64,000 nt of DNA from an uncultured Solirubrobacterales bacterium (lineage in GTDB: Bacteria > Actinomycetota > Thermoleophilia > Solirubrobacterales > Solirubrobacteraceae), in assembly GCA_963760545.1 (NCBI GenBank), contig CAVXDH010000002.1:551699-615698 (forward strand). The letters are read 5' to 3'. Positions 1 to 8,816 of the stretch are shown piece by piece. Under the pieces are notes generated by a model. It was not told the DNA's origin. It ran no database searches and worked only from the letters and a program-made list of their open reading frames with translations. A program made the translations under genes and the position numbers. Numbering within the stretch: position 1 is the stretch's first letter; each line of letters starts with the position of its first letter.

Positions 1-113
1 TCGATTGCCTGTGCTCCATCGGCGACCGCCTGCACGGTGTGGCCCTCCTTTGAGAAGGACCGCGTCAGCGTGTCGCGCAGCGGCGCCTCGTCGTCTACGA
101 CGAGAATGTTCAT
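1..113 (-). CDS. response regulator receiver domain, N-terminal fragment (cut by window edge)
   Basis: Reverse-strand translation from ATG at 113-111 reads MNILVVDDEAPLRDTLTRSFSKEGHTVQAVADGAQAI, a typical CheY-like receiver N-terminus. It lies just downstream of the GT39-like gene on the same strand. Confidence 0.55.
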   Translation of the reverse strand, partial: MNILVVDDEAPLRDTLTRSFSKEGHTVQAVADGAQAI

Positions 114-136
114 CGAAGCAGAGGAATCCATCGTGC

Positions 137-2011
137 TCACGCTACCGATCCGCGCGTTCGCGCGGATGCGAGAGAACTCGTTTTGGGTGGATCGGCACGT
201 GGCCTCTCCCCGCTTAGGATGCCTTCTGGTGCGCTCGCCCCAGGCAGTCGCCACAGTATGCCGCGCGCGTGCAAGCCCGCCCGCAAGGACACATCGGTGC
301 CGTGTGCGCGCACCCACAGCGCGGCCGGAGCGCAGCCTGCGACGGTCTTCGGTGAGCGTCCTAGGCACACAGAATCCAGGAACGCATATCGCACCTCATC
401 ACGCGCGATCAGTTGCTTGAGGCGCGCCACGCTCGTGAATGGAAGGCCGTTGTAAGTGGTCAGCATCAGGACCGGTCGTGCATCCTGCACGATCAGCGAG
501 GCTACGTTCGTCGCTTCGCCTGCCGCCAGCTCGTAGCGTGCGCCGCCCTGGTGAGCGAGTAGGTAGGAGCTGAGCAGACGTTGCTCTTCTCCGTTCAGGG
601 CGCCAACGTTGCCTGCGTCTGAGCTCTTAGCGCGCACCGCCTGAATAGTCGCTGCGAGCGGGATCGCAAGCAGCGCCGTCAACCCCAGCGCCGCCAGTCG
701 ACCGCGATTGCCTGTGCCGGCAATCCACGCAACACCGATCCCGTACATCGCCGCGACGGCCGGCGTGAAGCTCTCCACATAGCGTGGATGCAAGCGCACC
801 ATCGCGCTAAACAGCACGATGCCGGTGAGCAGCCACACGAACACCCCGATCGCGGTCGCTCGCCGCACGCGCTGCTCGCTATCGCCGGTGCGCAGAACCG
901 ACACGACGACGGCCACGCCTAGCAGCAGTGCCACGAGCGCCTCCCAGCCAAGCCACTTGGCGGGCAGCTCGCCGCCGCGTGCCAGCAGGCGTGTTGGGGA
1001 GGGGGGAGGGGGGGTCGTGCCCGTGGTTGTTGGGCGGCTGGCGGTACCGACGCGCCCGGCGAGGGAGCTCGCCTGTGGGGGCGCGCCGGAGATTGTTGGG
1101 CGGCTGGTGTCATCAGCGTGTGGGGCAAGCGAGCCCGAGCCCTGGCCGACTTCTGTTGTTTTGCCGCTCAAGCGTTCGGTGCCGTTGAACACGAAGGCCG
1201 CGTTCCATGCGCTTCCGTTGGTGGAGCCGATCGCATACGGACGGTCATGAGCGGGGAACAGCAACGTTGCGCTCAGCCATGACAGGGCGATCGCCAGGTA
1301 CACGCCCGCGGCTGCGGCCAGCTGCCACGCGCGCCGTCCGCGTGGTGGCGCGATCGTGTCGCGAGACTGGCGCGGCAGCCCCACCCAGGCGATCACGAAC
1401 AGTCCCGGCAAGGCCACCATCGACTCCAGCAGCTTCACGTTGAACGCCATTCCGAGCGCCGCCGCAGCGCCCAGCAACCACGCCGTGCTGGCTGTCCGAG
1501 CGGATGTCTCGGGAGCATCGGTCGGACAGCAGGCGCGCACCAGCATCAGCAGCGCCAGCACTAGCAGCATCATCATGACTGCGTCCATCGTGTCGCTACG
1601 TGCCGTGACCACCTCGATCGGCAGCACCGCGAGCGCGAGCGCCGACACAAGTCCCGCGATTGCTCCGAAGGGACGTCGCACTGCTCCGTACAGAAGCGGT
1701 ATCGACGCGGTGCCGGCTAGCGCCTCGGGCAGCTTCAGCGAGGTCGAGCTCCAGCCAAGCAGCTTGACGCTTGCGACCTGCAACCACAGATCCACGGGTG
1801 GCTTGTCGATCGACACGCTCCCTCCGGGCTCATACGCGCCGAAGAAGAAGTTGTGCCAGGACAGACCCATGCTGCGCACGGCAGCGTCGTAGAAGGGGTC
1901 GAGTCGCACGGCCCCCAAGTCGACGAGGCGCAGCGTCGCCGCGAGAGCTGTGATCAGGGCCAGGGCAAGCCAGCGCAAATAGCGCATTTGGGGGTTCGTG
2001 GGCGTTCTCAC
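137..2011 (-). CDS. integral-membrane glycosyltransferase, family 39 / ArnT-PMT-like
   Basis: 624-aa polytopic ORF. The N-terminus (LRLVDLGAVRLDPFYDAAVRSMGLSWHNFFFGAYEPGGSVSIDKPPVDLWL) resembles dolichyl/undecaprenyl-phosphate sugar transferases, with a Pro/Thr-rich loop. Confidence 0.65.
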   Translation of the reverse strand: MRTPTNPQMRYLRWLALALITALAATLRLVDLGAVRLDPFYDAAVRSMGLSWHNFFFGAYEPGGSVSIDKPPVDLWLQVASVKLLGWSSTSLKLPEALAGTASIPLLYGAVRRPFGAIAGLVSALALAVLPIEVVTARSDTMDAVMMMLLVLALLMLVRACCPTDAPETSARTASTAWLLGAAAALGMAFNVKLLESMVALPGLFVIAWVGLPRQSRDTIAPPRGRRAWQLAAAAGVYLAIALSWLSATLLFPAHDRPYAIGSTNGSAWNAAFVFNGTERLSGKTTEVGQGSGSLAPHADDTSRPTISGAPPQASSLAGRVGTASRPTTTGTTPPPPSPTRLLARGGELPAKWLGWEALVALLLGVAVVVSVLRTGDSEQRVRRATAIGVFVWLLTGIVLFSAMVRLHPRYVESFTPAVAAMYGIGVAWIAGTGNRGRLAALGLTALLAIPLAATIQAVRAKSSDAGNVGALNGEEQRLLSSYLLAHQGGARYELAAGEATNVASLIVQDARPVLMLTTYNGLPFTSVARLKQLIARDEVRYAFLDSVCLGRSPKTVAGCAPAALWVRAHGTDVSLRAGLHARGILWRLPGASAPEGILSGERPRADPPKTSSLASARTRGSVA

Positions 2012-2089
2012 GCCCGGAACGCTAGTTCAGTGGCGGTTCCCCCGACCCCGCACGCGCAGGCTCGCGTGCAAAGAAGGTAGTGTGGTTGC

Positions 2090-2368
2090 ATGAGTGACGC
2101 AGATGGTCGCAAGCAGCCCGCCGCGAGTCGCGCCCGCAAGGCATCATCCTCATCCGCGGGAGAGGACGGCGAGCAGGATGCACCAGCCGAGGAGTCGCGC
2201 GAGCCGCGGGTCTGTATGCCCTGCCATGGCAAGGGCAAGGTCATATCGAGCCTCGATGGCCACGCCCGCAAGGTGACCTGCCCCTGGTGTCGTGGCGGCG
2301 GTGAGCGTCTCGTTGGTGAGGACGCACAGGAGTACCAGCAGGAACAGGCTGGGCTCAAGCGTCGTTGA
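2090..2368 (+). CDS. small protein with two DnaJ-type CxxCxGxG zinc-finger motifs
   Basis: 92-aa ORF containing CMPCHGKGKV and CPWCRGGGER. The N-terminus is acidic and low-complexity. Confidence 0.45.
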   Translation: MSDADGRKQPAASRARKASSSSAGEDGEQDAPAEESREPRVCMPCHGKGKVISSLDGHARKVTCPWCRGGGERLVGEDAQEYQQEQAGLKRR

Positions 2369-2509
2369 GGCAGATCTCAAGCGTCTGGTCAAAGGTGTTT
2401 TGAGTGACGTTTCGCGGGTAAGGCCCACGGGCGTCTTGCGGGCAATGCGTCCAGGTTTTCTGCAGCGCTAAAGCGTGTGGGCGCCGCGGTCGATGAACGC
2501 GCTGAAAAG

Positions 2510-2620
2510 CCAGACCGCGGGTCAAGGTAAACGCCCAAGAGGGTGTGAGGCAAAGCCGGCGGCTCCCACAGGTCGATCGCGAGATCGGCCGGGAGAGCGC
2601 ACCGTCATGTTGAGACGGTT
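2510..2620 (+). promoter_or_regulatory. structured 5' leader of pilA1, possible GEMM-I (c-di-GMP-I) riboswitch-like element
   Basis: CAAGGTAAACGCCCAAGAGGGTGTGAGGCAAAGCCGGCGG resembles the remembered GEMM-I core CAGGGCAAACC-hairpin-GGGACGCAAAGCCNCCGG. It is followed by a GCGA-loop hairpin (ggtcgatc gcga gatcggcc) and the hairpin accgtc/gacggt. Not verified with a covariance model. Confidence 0.3.
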
Positions 2621-2666
2621 GGACTGAGGGCTGGCGCCCAAGAAACCGGATCCCAAGGAGGATTCA

Positions 2667-3140
2667 ATGCTAAATCGACTGCGCCAGCGCGCATCGGATG
2701 AGGGTGGTTTCACGCTCATCGAACTCCTGGTAGTCATCTTGATCGTGGGCATTCTTGCCGCGATCGCGATTCCTGCGTTCCTGAACCAGAAGAGCAAGGC
2801 CAGCGACTCGAACGCCGAGACGCAGGTCCAGACCGCTCAGACCGCCGCTGAGACTTTTGCGACGGAAAACGAAGGCAGCTACCTCAACATGACCATCGCC
2901 AAGCTTGAGGCGATCGAGCCGACGTTGAAAGAAGTAACCGCGGCCAAGCTCCTGGAAGACAAAGTGATCGGTGCCAAAGGCGAAGGTTACGAAGTTATCT
3001 CCGAAGCCCCGTCGACCGGCGATAAGTTCATCGTCAAGCGCACAGCCGAAGGCACGTTCGAACGGCCTTGCGAAGTCGCCAAAGAATCAAACCCCGGCGA
3101 TTGCAAACTCATCGGAAAAACGACCAAAGGCGAATGGTAG
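2667..3140 (+). CDS. pilA: type IV pilin (prepilin with class III signal peptide), copy 1
   Basis: The leader MLNRLRQRASDEGG is followed by FTLIELLVVILIVGILAAIAIPAF, with the G/F cleavage site and Glu+5. There is a C-terminal Cys pair (PCEV...GDCK) and the SD aaggagga upstream. Confidence 0.9.
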   Translation: MLNRLRQRASDEGGFTLIELLVVILIVGILAAIAIPAFLNQKSKASDSNAETQVQTAQTAAETFATENEGSYLNMTIAKLEAIEPTLKEVTAAKLLEDKVIGAKGEGYEVISEAPSTGDKFIVKRTAEGTFERPCEVAKESNPGDCKLIGKTTKGEW

Positions 3141-3211
3141 TCTTGTAATCTGATCTTGCATTGCCGTGTCGCCCATTGCGGCGATCTGTGGCGTAGGCGA
3201 TGCTTGTCTTG

Positions 3212-3248
3212 GCGGGGGCGGCTTTCGGGCCGTCCCCGCTTTTGTTTT
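3212..3248 (+). terminator. rho-independent terminator after pilA1
   Basis: GC-rich stem gcgggggcggc / gccgtccccgc is followed by ttttgtttt. Confidence 0.65.
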
Positions 3249-3412
3249 CTAAGCCTGAGCCCCCGCAATATCAACGTGAGATGCTTGGCCGTGCAACTGG
3301 GCTATCTGTGCATCTTGCTGGGCATGCGCTTGCATCGAGGCTCAAGTTTGAGCACGCAAACGCCGATCATTCGTCCATGCCTAACACAACCGCAACCTTC
3401 ACCGAGGTCCCA

Positions 3413-3886
3413 ATGCTAAATCGACTGCGCACTCGTGCATCCGGTGAGGGTGGTTTCACGCTCATCGAACTCCTGGTAGTTATTTTGATCGTGGGCATTC
3501 TTGCCGCGATCGCGATTCCTGCGTTCCTGAACCAGAAGAGCAAGGCCAGCGACTCGAACGCCGAGACGCAGGTCCAGACCGCTCAGACCGCCGCTGAGAC
3601 TTTTGCGACGGAAAACGAAGGCAGCTACCTCAACATGACCATCGCCAAGCTTGAGGCGATCGAGCCGACGTTGAAAGAAGTAACCGCGGCCAAGCTCCTG
3701 GAAGACAAAGTGATCGGTGCCAAAGGCGAAGGTTACGAAGTTATCTCCGAAGCCCCGTCGACCGGCGATAAGTTCATCGTCAAGCGCACAGCGACAGGCA
3801 CGTTCGAACGGCCTTGCGAAGTCGCCAAAGAATCAAACCCCGGCGATTGCAAACTCATCGGAAAAACGACCAAAGGCGAATGGTAG
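3413..3886 (+). CDS. pilA: type IV pilin, copy 2
   Basis: 157 aa, nearly identical to copy 1. The leader is MLNRLRTRASGEGG followed by FTLIELL. The longer ORF from 3200 was rejected. An in-frame ATG at 3377 derives from a pilD 5' remnant. Confidence 0.85.
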   Translation: MLNRLRTRASGEGGFTLIELLVVILIVGILAAIAIPAFLNQKSKASDSNAETQVQTAQTAAETFATENEGSYLNMTIAKLEAIEPTLKEVTAAKLLEDKVIGAKGEGYEVISEAPSTGDKFIVKRTATGTFERPCEVAKESNPGDCKLIGKTTKGEW

Positions 3887-3957
3887 TCTTGTAATCTGAT
3901 CTTGCATTGCCGTGTCGCCCATTGCGGCGATCTGTGGCGTAGGCGATGCTTGTCTTG

Positions 3958-3991
3958 GCGGGGGCGGCTTTCGGGCCGTCCCCGCTTTTTT
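3958..3991 (+). terminator. rho-independent terminator after pilA2
   Basis: Same hairpin as at 3212, followed by tttttt. Confidence 0.7.
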
Positions 3992-4175
3992 ATGTCTCGG
4001 ACGCGGCGACGAACAGGAAAATGGCGGCGTGGTTGTCCTTTGCGGCAGCTTTACGTCGCCCCGTTACGTGTTAACGATCCGCTTCAAGGTGTCGCAGCGC
4101 TCATCGCGAACGCTCTTTGGGCGCCCGTTTGCACCAGCGCTCAAGTCCGAGCACGCAAACGCCGATCATTCGTCC

Positions 4176-4937
4176 ATGGGAGCCGCAACAGCAACCTTCA
4201 CCGGCGTATTTGGCGCGATCGTAGGATCGTTCCTGAACGTCGTCGTCTACCGGCTGCCCCGTCGCGAGTCGGTCGTCAAGCCCGCTTCGCACTGCACGAG
4301 CTGCGGCTCGACTTTGAAGCCCTACGACAAGGTCCCAGTCCTCTCGTGGCTGCTGCTGCGAGGCCGCTGCCGCAATTGCGCGGCGCCGATCTCCTCGCGC
4401 TACCCGATCGTCGAGGGGCTGTGCGCACTGCTGTGCGTCGCCGCGGTGCTCGCGGGCGGCTCGACCGCGACGGTCGTTCTCAACGTAGTGCTCATCCTGC
4501 TGCTCGTACCGATTGCCCTGATCGACCTCGAGCACCGCGTGATCCCCAACCGGCTGACCGCGCTCGGTGCCATATTGGCGCTCGGCATCGGGACAGCGCT
4601 TGACCCGAGTGGCGAGCCGGCACGTTTGATTGCCGGCGTCGCCGCCGGCGGAGCGTTGCTGCTCGCGGCGCTCGCCTACCCGGGCGGGATGGGCATGGGC
4701 GACGTGAAGCTGGCGGGCGCGATGGGCCTGTTCCTCGGTAGTGCCGTGGCGCCGGCGATGCTGATCGCGCTGCTGGCGGGCGTGTTCTACGGAGCGCTGA
4801 TTGGCGCACGCAAGGGCGCTCGCGCGGCGGCCAAGACGGCGATCCCGTTCGGCCCGTTCCTCGCATTCGGCTCGCTCGTCGCCGTATTTGCGGGTGAGCC
4901 GCTCGTGAACTTGTACACGACCAACTTCCTGCGCTGA
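4176..4937 (+). CDS. pilD: prepilin peptidase (A24 family)
   Basis: MGAATATFTGVFGAIVGSFLNVVVYRLP, the CTSCG...CRNC zinc motif, and GMGMGDVKLAGAMGLFLG with FGPFLAFG, the two catalytic Asp regions. Start taken at the internal ATG of ORF 3912-4937. Confidence 0.85.
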   Translation: MGAATATFTGVFGAIVGSFLNVVVYRLPRRESVVKPASHCTSCGSTLKPYDKVPVLSWLLLRGRCRNCAAPISSRYPIVEGLCALLCVAAVLAGGSTATVVLNVVLILLLVPIALIDLEHRVIPNRLTALGAILALGIGTALDPSGEPARLIAGVAAGGALLLAALAYPGGMGMGDVKLAGAMGLFLGSAVAPAMLIALLAGVFYGALIGARKGARAAAKTAIPFGPFLAFGSLVAVFAGEPLVNLYTTNFLR

Positions 4938-6286
4938 TGAGCCCCAAGGAGCGTGGACAGATGACCAACGACAGCCTCGACCTGCTCAGGCCCACGTCGA
5001 TCGTGGTCGATATTCCACCGGAGCCGCCCGCCGAGGAGGCCGGTGGAGATCCGGCACCGACACCGAGCCGCAAGATGCCCAAGCTGCGCAAGCCGAGCCT
5101 CAAATTCGAGCGGAGAGCCCGCTCTGGCGGCGGTCCGACGCTCGTCGGGCTGGATATCCAGCCCGGCTATGTGACCGCTGTGCAAGCCCGCGTGAACGGC
5201 TCGATCCTTGTGCAGCGCGCGGCTGGTGCGCCATTGCCGCCCGACACCGTCCGCGAGGGCGAGGTGCTTGATGGCAATGCGCTTGCCGAGACGCTGCGCG
5301 AGATGTTTGGCGAGTCGCGTCTTGACAAGCGCGTGCGCGTCGGCGTTGCCAACCAGCGCACGGTGTTGCGCACGCTCGAGTTGCCGCCGCTCACCGACGG
5401 CAAGGAGCTCGACGCCGCCATCCGCTTCCAAGCCGAGGACCAGATTCCGATGCCGCTCGAGAACGCCGTGCTCGACTATCACGTGCTCGGTATCAACGAA
5501 ACTCCAGCCGGCCCACGCCAGCGCGTGATCGTCGTTGCCGCACAGCGCGACATGGTCACGCGACTGCTCGGTGCGGTCCGTGAGGCGGGACTGCGCCCCG
5601 AGGCGGTCGACCTGTCCGCGTTCGCCTTGATCCGCTCGCTGCATCGCCTCGACGAGCAGCACGCCGGGCGCGTGCTCTATTTGAACGTAGGCGGACTCAC
5701 GAACATGGCGATCGCCGAAGGCAATGTGTGCCACTTCACCCGTGTTGTCAGCGGAGGCCTCGAGTCGATGGCGACCGCCATCGCCGAGCGTCACGGGATC
5801 GCGCTGCTGAAGGCTCGCTCGCTGCTCGCCTCGGTCAATCTGGAAGCCGCCAAGCCGGAGGTGCAGTCTTATGAGGCTCCCGTCGTGGAGCACCTCGACG
5901 CAGAGCTCTCCACGACCTCGCTCGATCCGTCCGCGTCTGCGCTCGAGTACTCCACAACGCCCATCGAGGACCCTGCGACGCTGCTTGAGTCACCCGGAAT
6001 CGATGTGCGTCCCGTGCTCTCCGGCGGTGTGCGCGAAATCGCCGGCGAGGTGCGCAACTCCCTTGACTTCCACCGCTCCCAGGATGGCGGAGGAGAGGTC
6101 TCAACCGTCATTCTGAGTGGCCCCGCGCTACAAATCGCGGGCTTTGCCCGAGCTTTGCAGAGCGAGCTCGGCGTGCCCGTTGTGCCGCAAACGGTCGGCA
6201 TGATCAACGAAGGCTCGGCCGGCTCGGTGTCTCCCGAGCACCTTGCCGTCGCCACGGGCCTTGCGACCGAAGAGGCACCGCGATGA
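4937..6286 (+). CDS. pilM: type IV pilus assembly ATPase-fold protein PilM
   Basis: LVGLDIQPGYVTAVQA, an actin-like fold signature. Positioned directly before the pilN/pilO-like genes and overlaps the pilD stop. Confidence 0.75.
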   Translation: MSPKERGQMTNDSLDLLRPTSIVVDIPPEPPAEEAGGDPAPTPSRKMPKLRKPSLKFERRARSGGGPTLVGLDIQPGYVTAVQARVNGSILVQRAAGAPLPPDTVREGEVLDGNALAETLREMFGESRLDKRVRVGVANQRTVLRTLELPPLTDGKELDAAIRFQAEDQIPMPLENAVLDYHVLGINETPAGPRQRVIVVAAQRDMVTRLLGAVREAGLRPEAVDLSAFALIRSLHRLDEQHAGRVLYLNVGGLTNMAIAEGNVCHFTRVVSGGLESMATAIAERHGIALLKARSLLASVNLEAAKPEVQSYEAPVVEHLDAELSTTSLDPSASALEYSTTPIEDPATLLESPGIDVRPVLSGGVREIAGEVRNSLDFHRSQDGGGEVSTVILSGPALQIAGFARALQSELGVPVVPQTVGMINEGSAGSVSPEHLAVATGLATEEAPR

Positions 6287-7071
6287 AGGCCGTAAATCTG
6301 ATCCCGGGCGAGCGGCGCCGAAAGAGCCGCGATATCGTCGGACGCTCCAGCGGCGGCGCTCTGGGTGTGCTTGTGCTGATCGCGGGCTTGGCTGTGCTGG
6401 CCGTGATGTACGGCAGTGCGCGCCACCAAGTCTCAAGCCAAGCCGGCAAGGCCGCGTCACTGATCGCGCAGACCAACGCCGTCGAGGCGCGCACCGGTCG
6501 CCTCAGCTCCTATTCCAGCTTCGTGTCGATGGCCGAACTGCGCATGCGAACTGTCTCCCAGCTCGTCGAGTCGCGCTTTGACTGGTCGCACGCGCTGAAC
6601 GAGCTAGGCCGCGTGCTGCCCACTGGCACCGCGCTCGACTCGCTGCACGGCGCTGTTGGCTCAGCTGAAGAGGTGACGGCGTCTGCCTCAAGCTCCTCGT
6701 CTAAATCGGCGGCGAGCACGAGTTCGACGTCGAGCACACCTCCCGGAAGCACGCCTGTGTTTACGGTCTCCGGTTGTGCCACGAGCCAGTCTGTGGTTGC
6801 CCAGACGCTGCAGCGCCTGCGTTTGATGGATGGTGTTACCGAAGTGCAGCTGCAGAGTTCCACGACCTCCGGCTCATCGGGTGGTGGGGGCGCATCCGCT
6901 GGGGGCGGAAGCTGCCCCGCCTCAGATCCATCCTTCACTGTGCAGGTCGGCTTCGCGGCACTGCCGGCAGCGCCCGCGCTGAGCGCGTCGGCAGGCGTGA
7001 CCCCGGCGGCTGCCCATGGTCATGGGGCCAAAGAGCAGATCTCCGCTCGTGGCAAAGGGGCTCACCGATGA
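6283..7071 (+). CDS. pilN: PilN-like fimbrial assembly protein
   Basis: MKAVNLIPGERRR then a single TM. The C-terminus is Ser-rich. Four-base overlaps with both neighbours. Confidence 0.7.
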   Translation: MKAVNLIPGERRRKSRDIVGRSSGGALGVLVLIAGLAVLAVMYGSARHQVSSQAGKAASLIAQTNAVEARTGRLSSYSSFVSMAELRMRTVSQLVESRFDWSHALNELGRVLPTGTALDSLHGAVGSAEEVTASASSSSSKSAASTSSTSSTPPGSTPVFTVSGCATSQSVVAQTLQRLRLMDGVTEVQLQSSTTSGSSGGGGASAGGGSCPASDPSFTVQVGFAALPAAPALSASAGVTPAAAHGHGAKEQISARGKGAHR

Positions 7072-7832
7072 CCATGCGCGACCGGCTCATGTTGATGGGT
7101 ATCGCGCTGCTGGCGATACTAGGCATCGTCTGGTACACGGCGGTCTCACCCGAGCGCGAAAAGGCCTCGAAGGTGAGCGCCGAAGTGCAGTCGGCACGCC
7201 AGCAGCTGGCGAGTGCCGAAACGCAGGCAAGCGAAGCGGTGAGTGCGCAGGCGCGCTACTCGACTGCCTACACCTCGCTTGTGACTCTTGGCCAGGCCGT
7301 GCCGGCTTCGGCGGAAACGCCCGCGTTGATCTACACGCTCGACAAGGCCACTCACAGCAACAACATCCAGTTCACCTCGATCACCAACGGCACATCCGGT
7401 TCGGGTTCGGGCTCCGGCAGCTCGTCCTCCAGTACAACGGCGTCCGCGCAAAGCGCTGGGCTCTCCCAGCAGCCGTTCACGTTCGTGTTCAACGGGAGCT
7501 TCGTCGATCTGAGCAAGCTGCTCGGCCAGCTCGAAGGCTTCACTGTGCTCACTTCCAATGGTCCTTTGCAGGTGAGTGGACGTCTGCTTACGATCGACAG
7601 CGTCACGCTGGCCCCCAATGCCAGCGAAGCTGGCGGCGGGTCTGCTAAATCCAAATCGAATCAGCTCACCGGCACGATCACGGCCACCGCTTATGTGTTG
7701 CCCGCCAGCGCCTCCGCGCTTGGTGGCGCGAGCGCCTCCGGGCCGGCCGGAGCGCAATCGCCGGGAACTTCGGGAAGTAGCTCAAGCGGCGGTTCCGCCG
7801 CCACACCGGCCGTCGTAAAGGTGAACCCATGA
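7068..7832 (+). CDS. pilO: PilO-like pilus assembly protein
   Basis: ATGA overlap with pilN. An N-terminal TM (LMLMGIALLAILGIVWY) is followed by a coiled coil, then a Ser/Gly-rich tail. Confidence 0.6.
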   Translation: MTMRDRLMLMGIALLAILGIVWYTAVSPEREKASKVSAEVQSARQQLASAETQASEAVSAQARYSTAYTSLVTLGQAVPASAETPALIYTLDKATHSNNIQFTSITNGTSGSGSGSGSSSSSTTASAQSAGLSQQPFTFVFNGSFVDLSKLLGQLEGFTVLTSNGPLQVSGRLLTIDSVTLAPNASEAGGGSAKSKSNQLTGTITATAYVLPASASALGGASASGPAGAQSPGTSGSSSSGGSAATPAVVKVNP

Positions 7833-8755
7833 CCGAGTTTCTGCAATCGATCAAGTCCGATCTGCTCTCGCGGCGCATGCTGCCGTTGCTGATAGCGCTT
7901 GGCGTGGCGTTGGTCGTGGCCGTCGGATATGCCTTTACGGGTGGCTCTGCCGGCTCCGGACCGAAGGTGTCCGCGAGCCTTCCAGCCGCTAGCACCGGCG
8001 GGCCCGCGGGTACGACCGGCTCGTTGTCGGTGTCTGTCGCGCCAGCAAACCCCGAGCAGGCGGTGTCAGAGACACCTGGCGGCGTGCACTACCAGAGCCA
8101 GGACCCCACACGCGACCCGTTCGTTCCGCTGCCAGCACCAAAGGTCGCCACGAGCACCAGCTCGAGCAAGTCCTCCGGTTCCTCCGGTACGTCCTCGTCG
8201 GGTGGGTCCTCGTCTGGCGGCGGCTCGTCGGGCACTGGCAAAGGCAACGGTGGCAGCGCCCCCCCGGCGCCGGCGCCGGCAAAACCGTCTAAGCCGGCAA
8301 AACCCCAAAATCCATATACCGTTGCGGTGCTGTTTGGGCTCCCATCGAGCACGCCCGGGCAGACGACCACGCTTGTGCCGTATCCGAGCCTGAGCCTGAG
8401 GCAGCCGTTGCCATCCAAGCAGGATGCGCGTGTCGTCTTTGAACGCGTGACGAGCGACGGCAAGGGCGCCATCTTCAAGCTCGTGGTTCCGCCGATCCTG
8501 CACGGCACGGGCATCTGTCTGCCAAGCACCTCTGAATGCCAGACGATCGACCTCGAAGTCGATCGGTACGAGGTACTTGAATACGTTGAAGCAAACGGCC
8601 AGAGCGTGACCTACGAACTGGGGGTCGTCAGCATCACCAAGAACAGCGGCACGGCGAGCGCCGCACGGGTGAAGCGCGCAGCCAGCGCAGCAAGGGTGAA
8701 GCGTCTGGTCGGCGTCATGCGGGCAGAGTCCAGCGCGGACTCCGCTGGCGCATAG
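7829..8755 (+). CDS. membrane-anchored pilus-cluster protein of unknown function
   Basis: ATGA overlap with pilO. It has an N-terminal TM, a long S/G/P low-complexity linker, and a ~130-aa C-terminal globular region. Confidence 0.5.
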   Translation: MTEFLQSIKSDLLSRRMLPLLIALGVALVVAVGYAFTGGSAGSGPKVSASLPAASTGGPAGTTGSLSVSVAPANPEQAVSETPGGVHYQSQDPTRDPFVPLPAPKVATSTSSSKSSGSSGTSSSGGSSSGGGSSGTGKGNGGSAPPAPAPAKPSKPAKPQNPYTVAVLFGLPSSTPGQTTTLVPYPSLSLRQPLPSKQDARVVFERVTSDGKGAIFKLVVPPILHGTGICLPSTSECQTIDLEVDRYEVLEYVEANGQSVTYELGVVSITKNSGTASAARVKRAASAARVKRLVGVMRAESSADSAGA

Positions 8756-8816
8756 CGCAACTGGAGCCTCGTCCCAAAAGCTGGCTCGAGCCCCGAGCAA
8801 ATAAGCTAGGGCGAGC

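Larger units (their letters stand above)
2665..3989. repeat. tandem duplication of the pilin gene plus terminator (2665-3243 and 3411-3989, period 746 bp)
   Basis: The two 579-bp copies align base for base with only a handful of mismatches, giving amino-acid changes Q7T, D11G and E->T near residue 128. Confidence 0.9.

Noticed and set aside
3200-3412. N-terminal extension of the pilA2 ORF, and similarly 3912-4175 for pilD
   Set aside because: The extensions cross the pilA terminators and intergenic DNA. The canonical prepilin leader and peptidase N-terminus begin at the internal ATGs.
2665-3989. Repeat structure checked as a possible CRISPR array, as were the 19637-19708 palindromes
   Set aside because: The 746-bp period contains a full gene. 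The palindromes are three different sequences with no spacers. No short repeat-spacer array or cas genes occur anywhere in the window.
4787-5893. 368-aa minus-strand ORF
   Set aside because: Antisense to pilM. The same holds for 11014-12234 and 11723-13093 (antisense to aroB/aroQ/pepP), 15182-16312 (antisense to efp/nusB) and 55033-55842 (out of frame inside the relaxase). All are GC-driven open frames.
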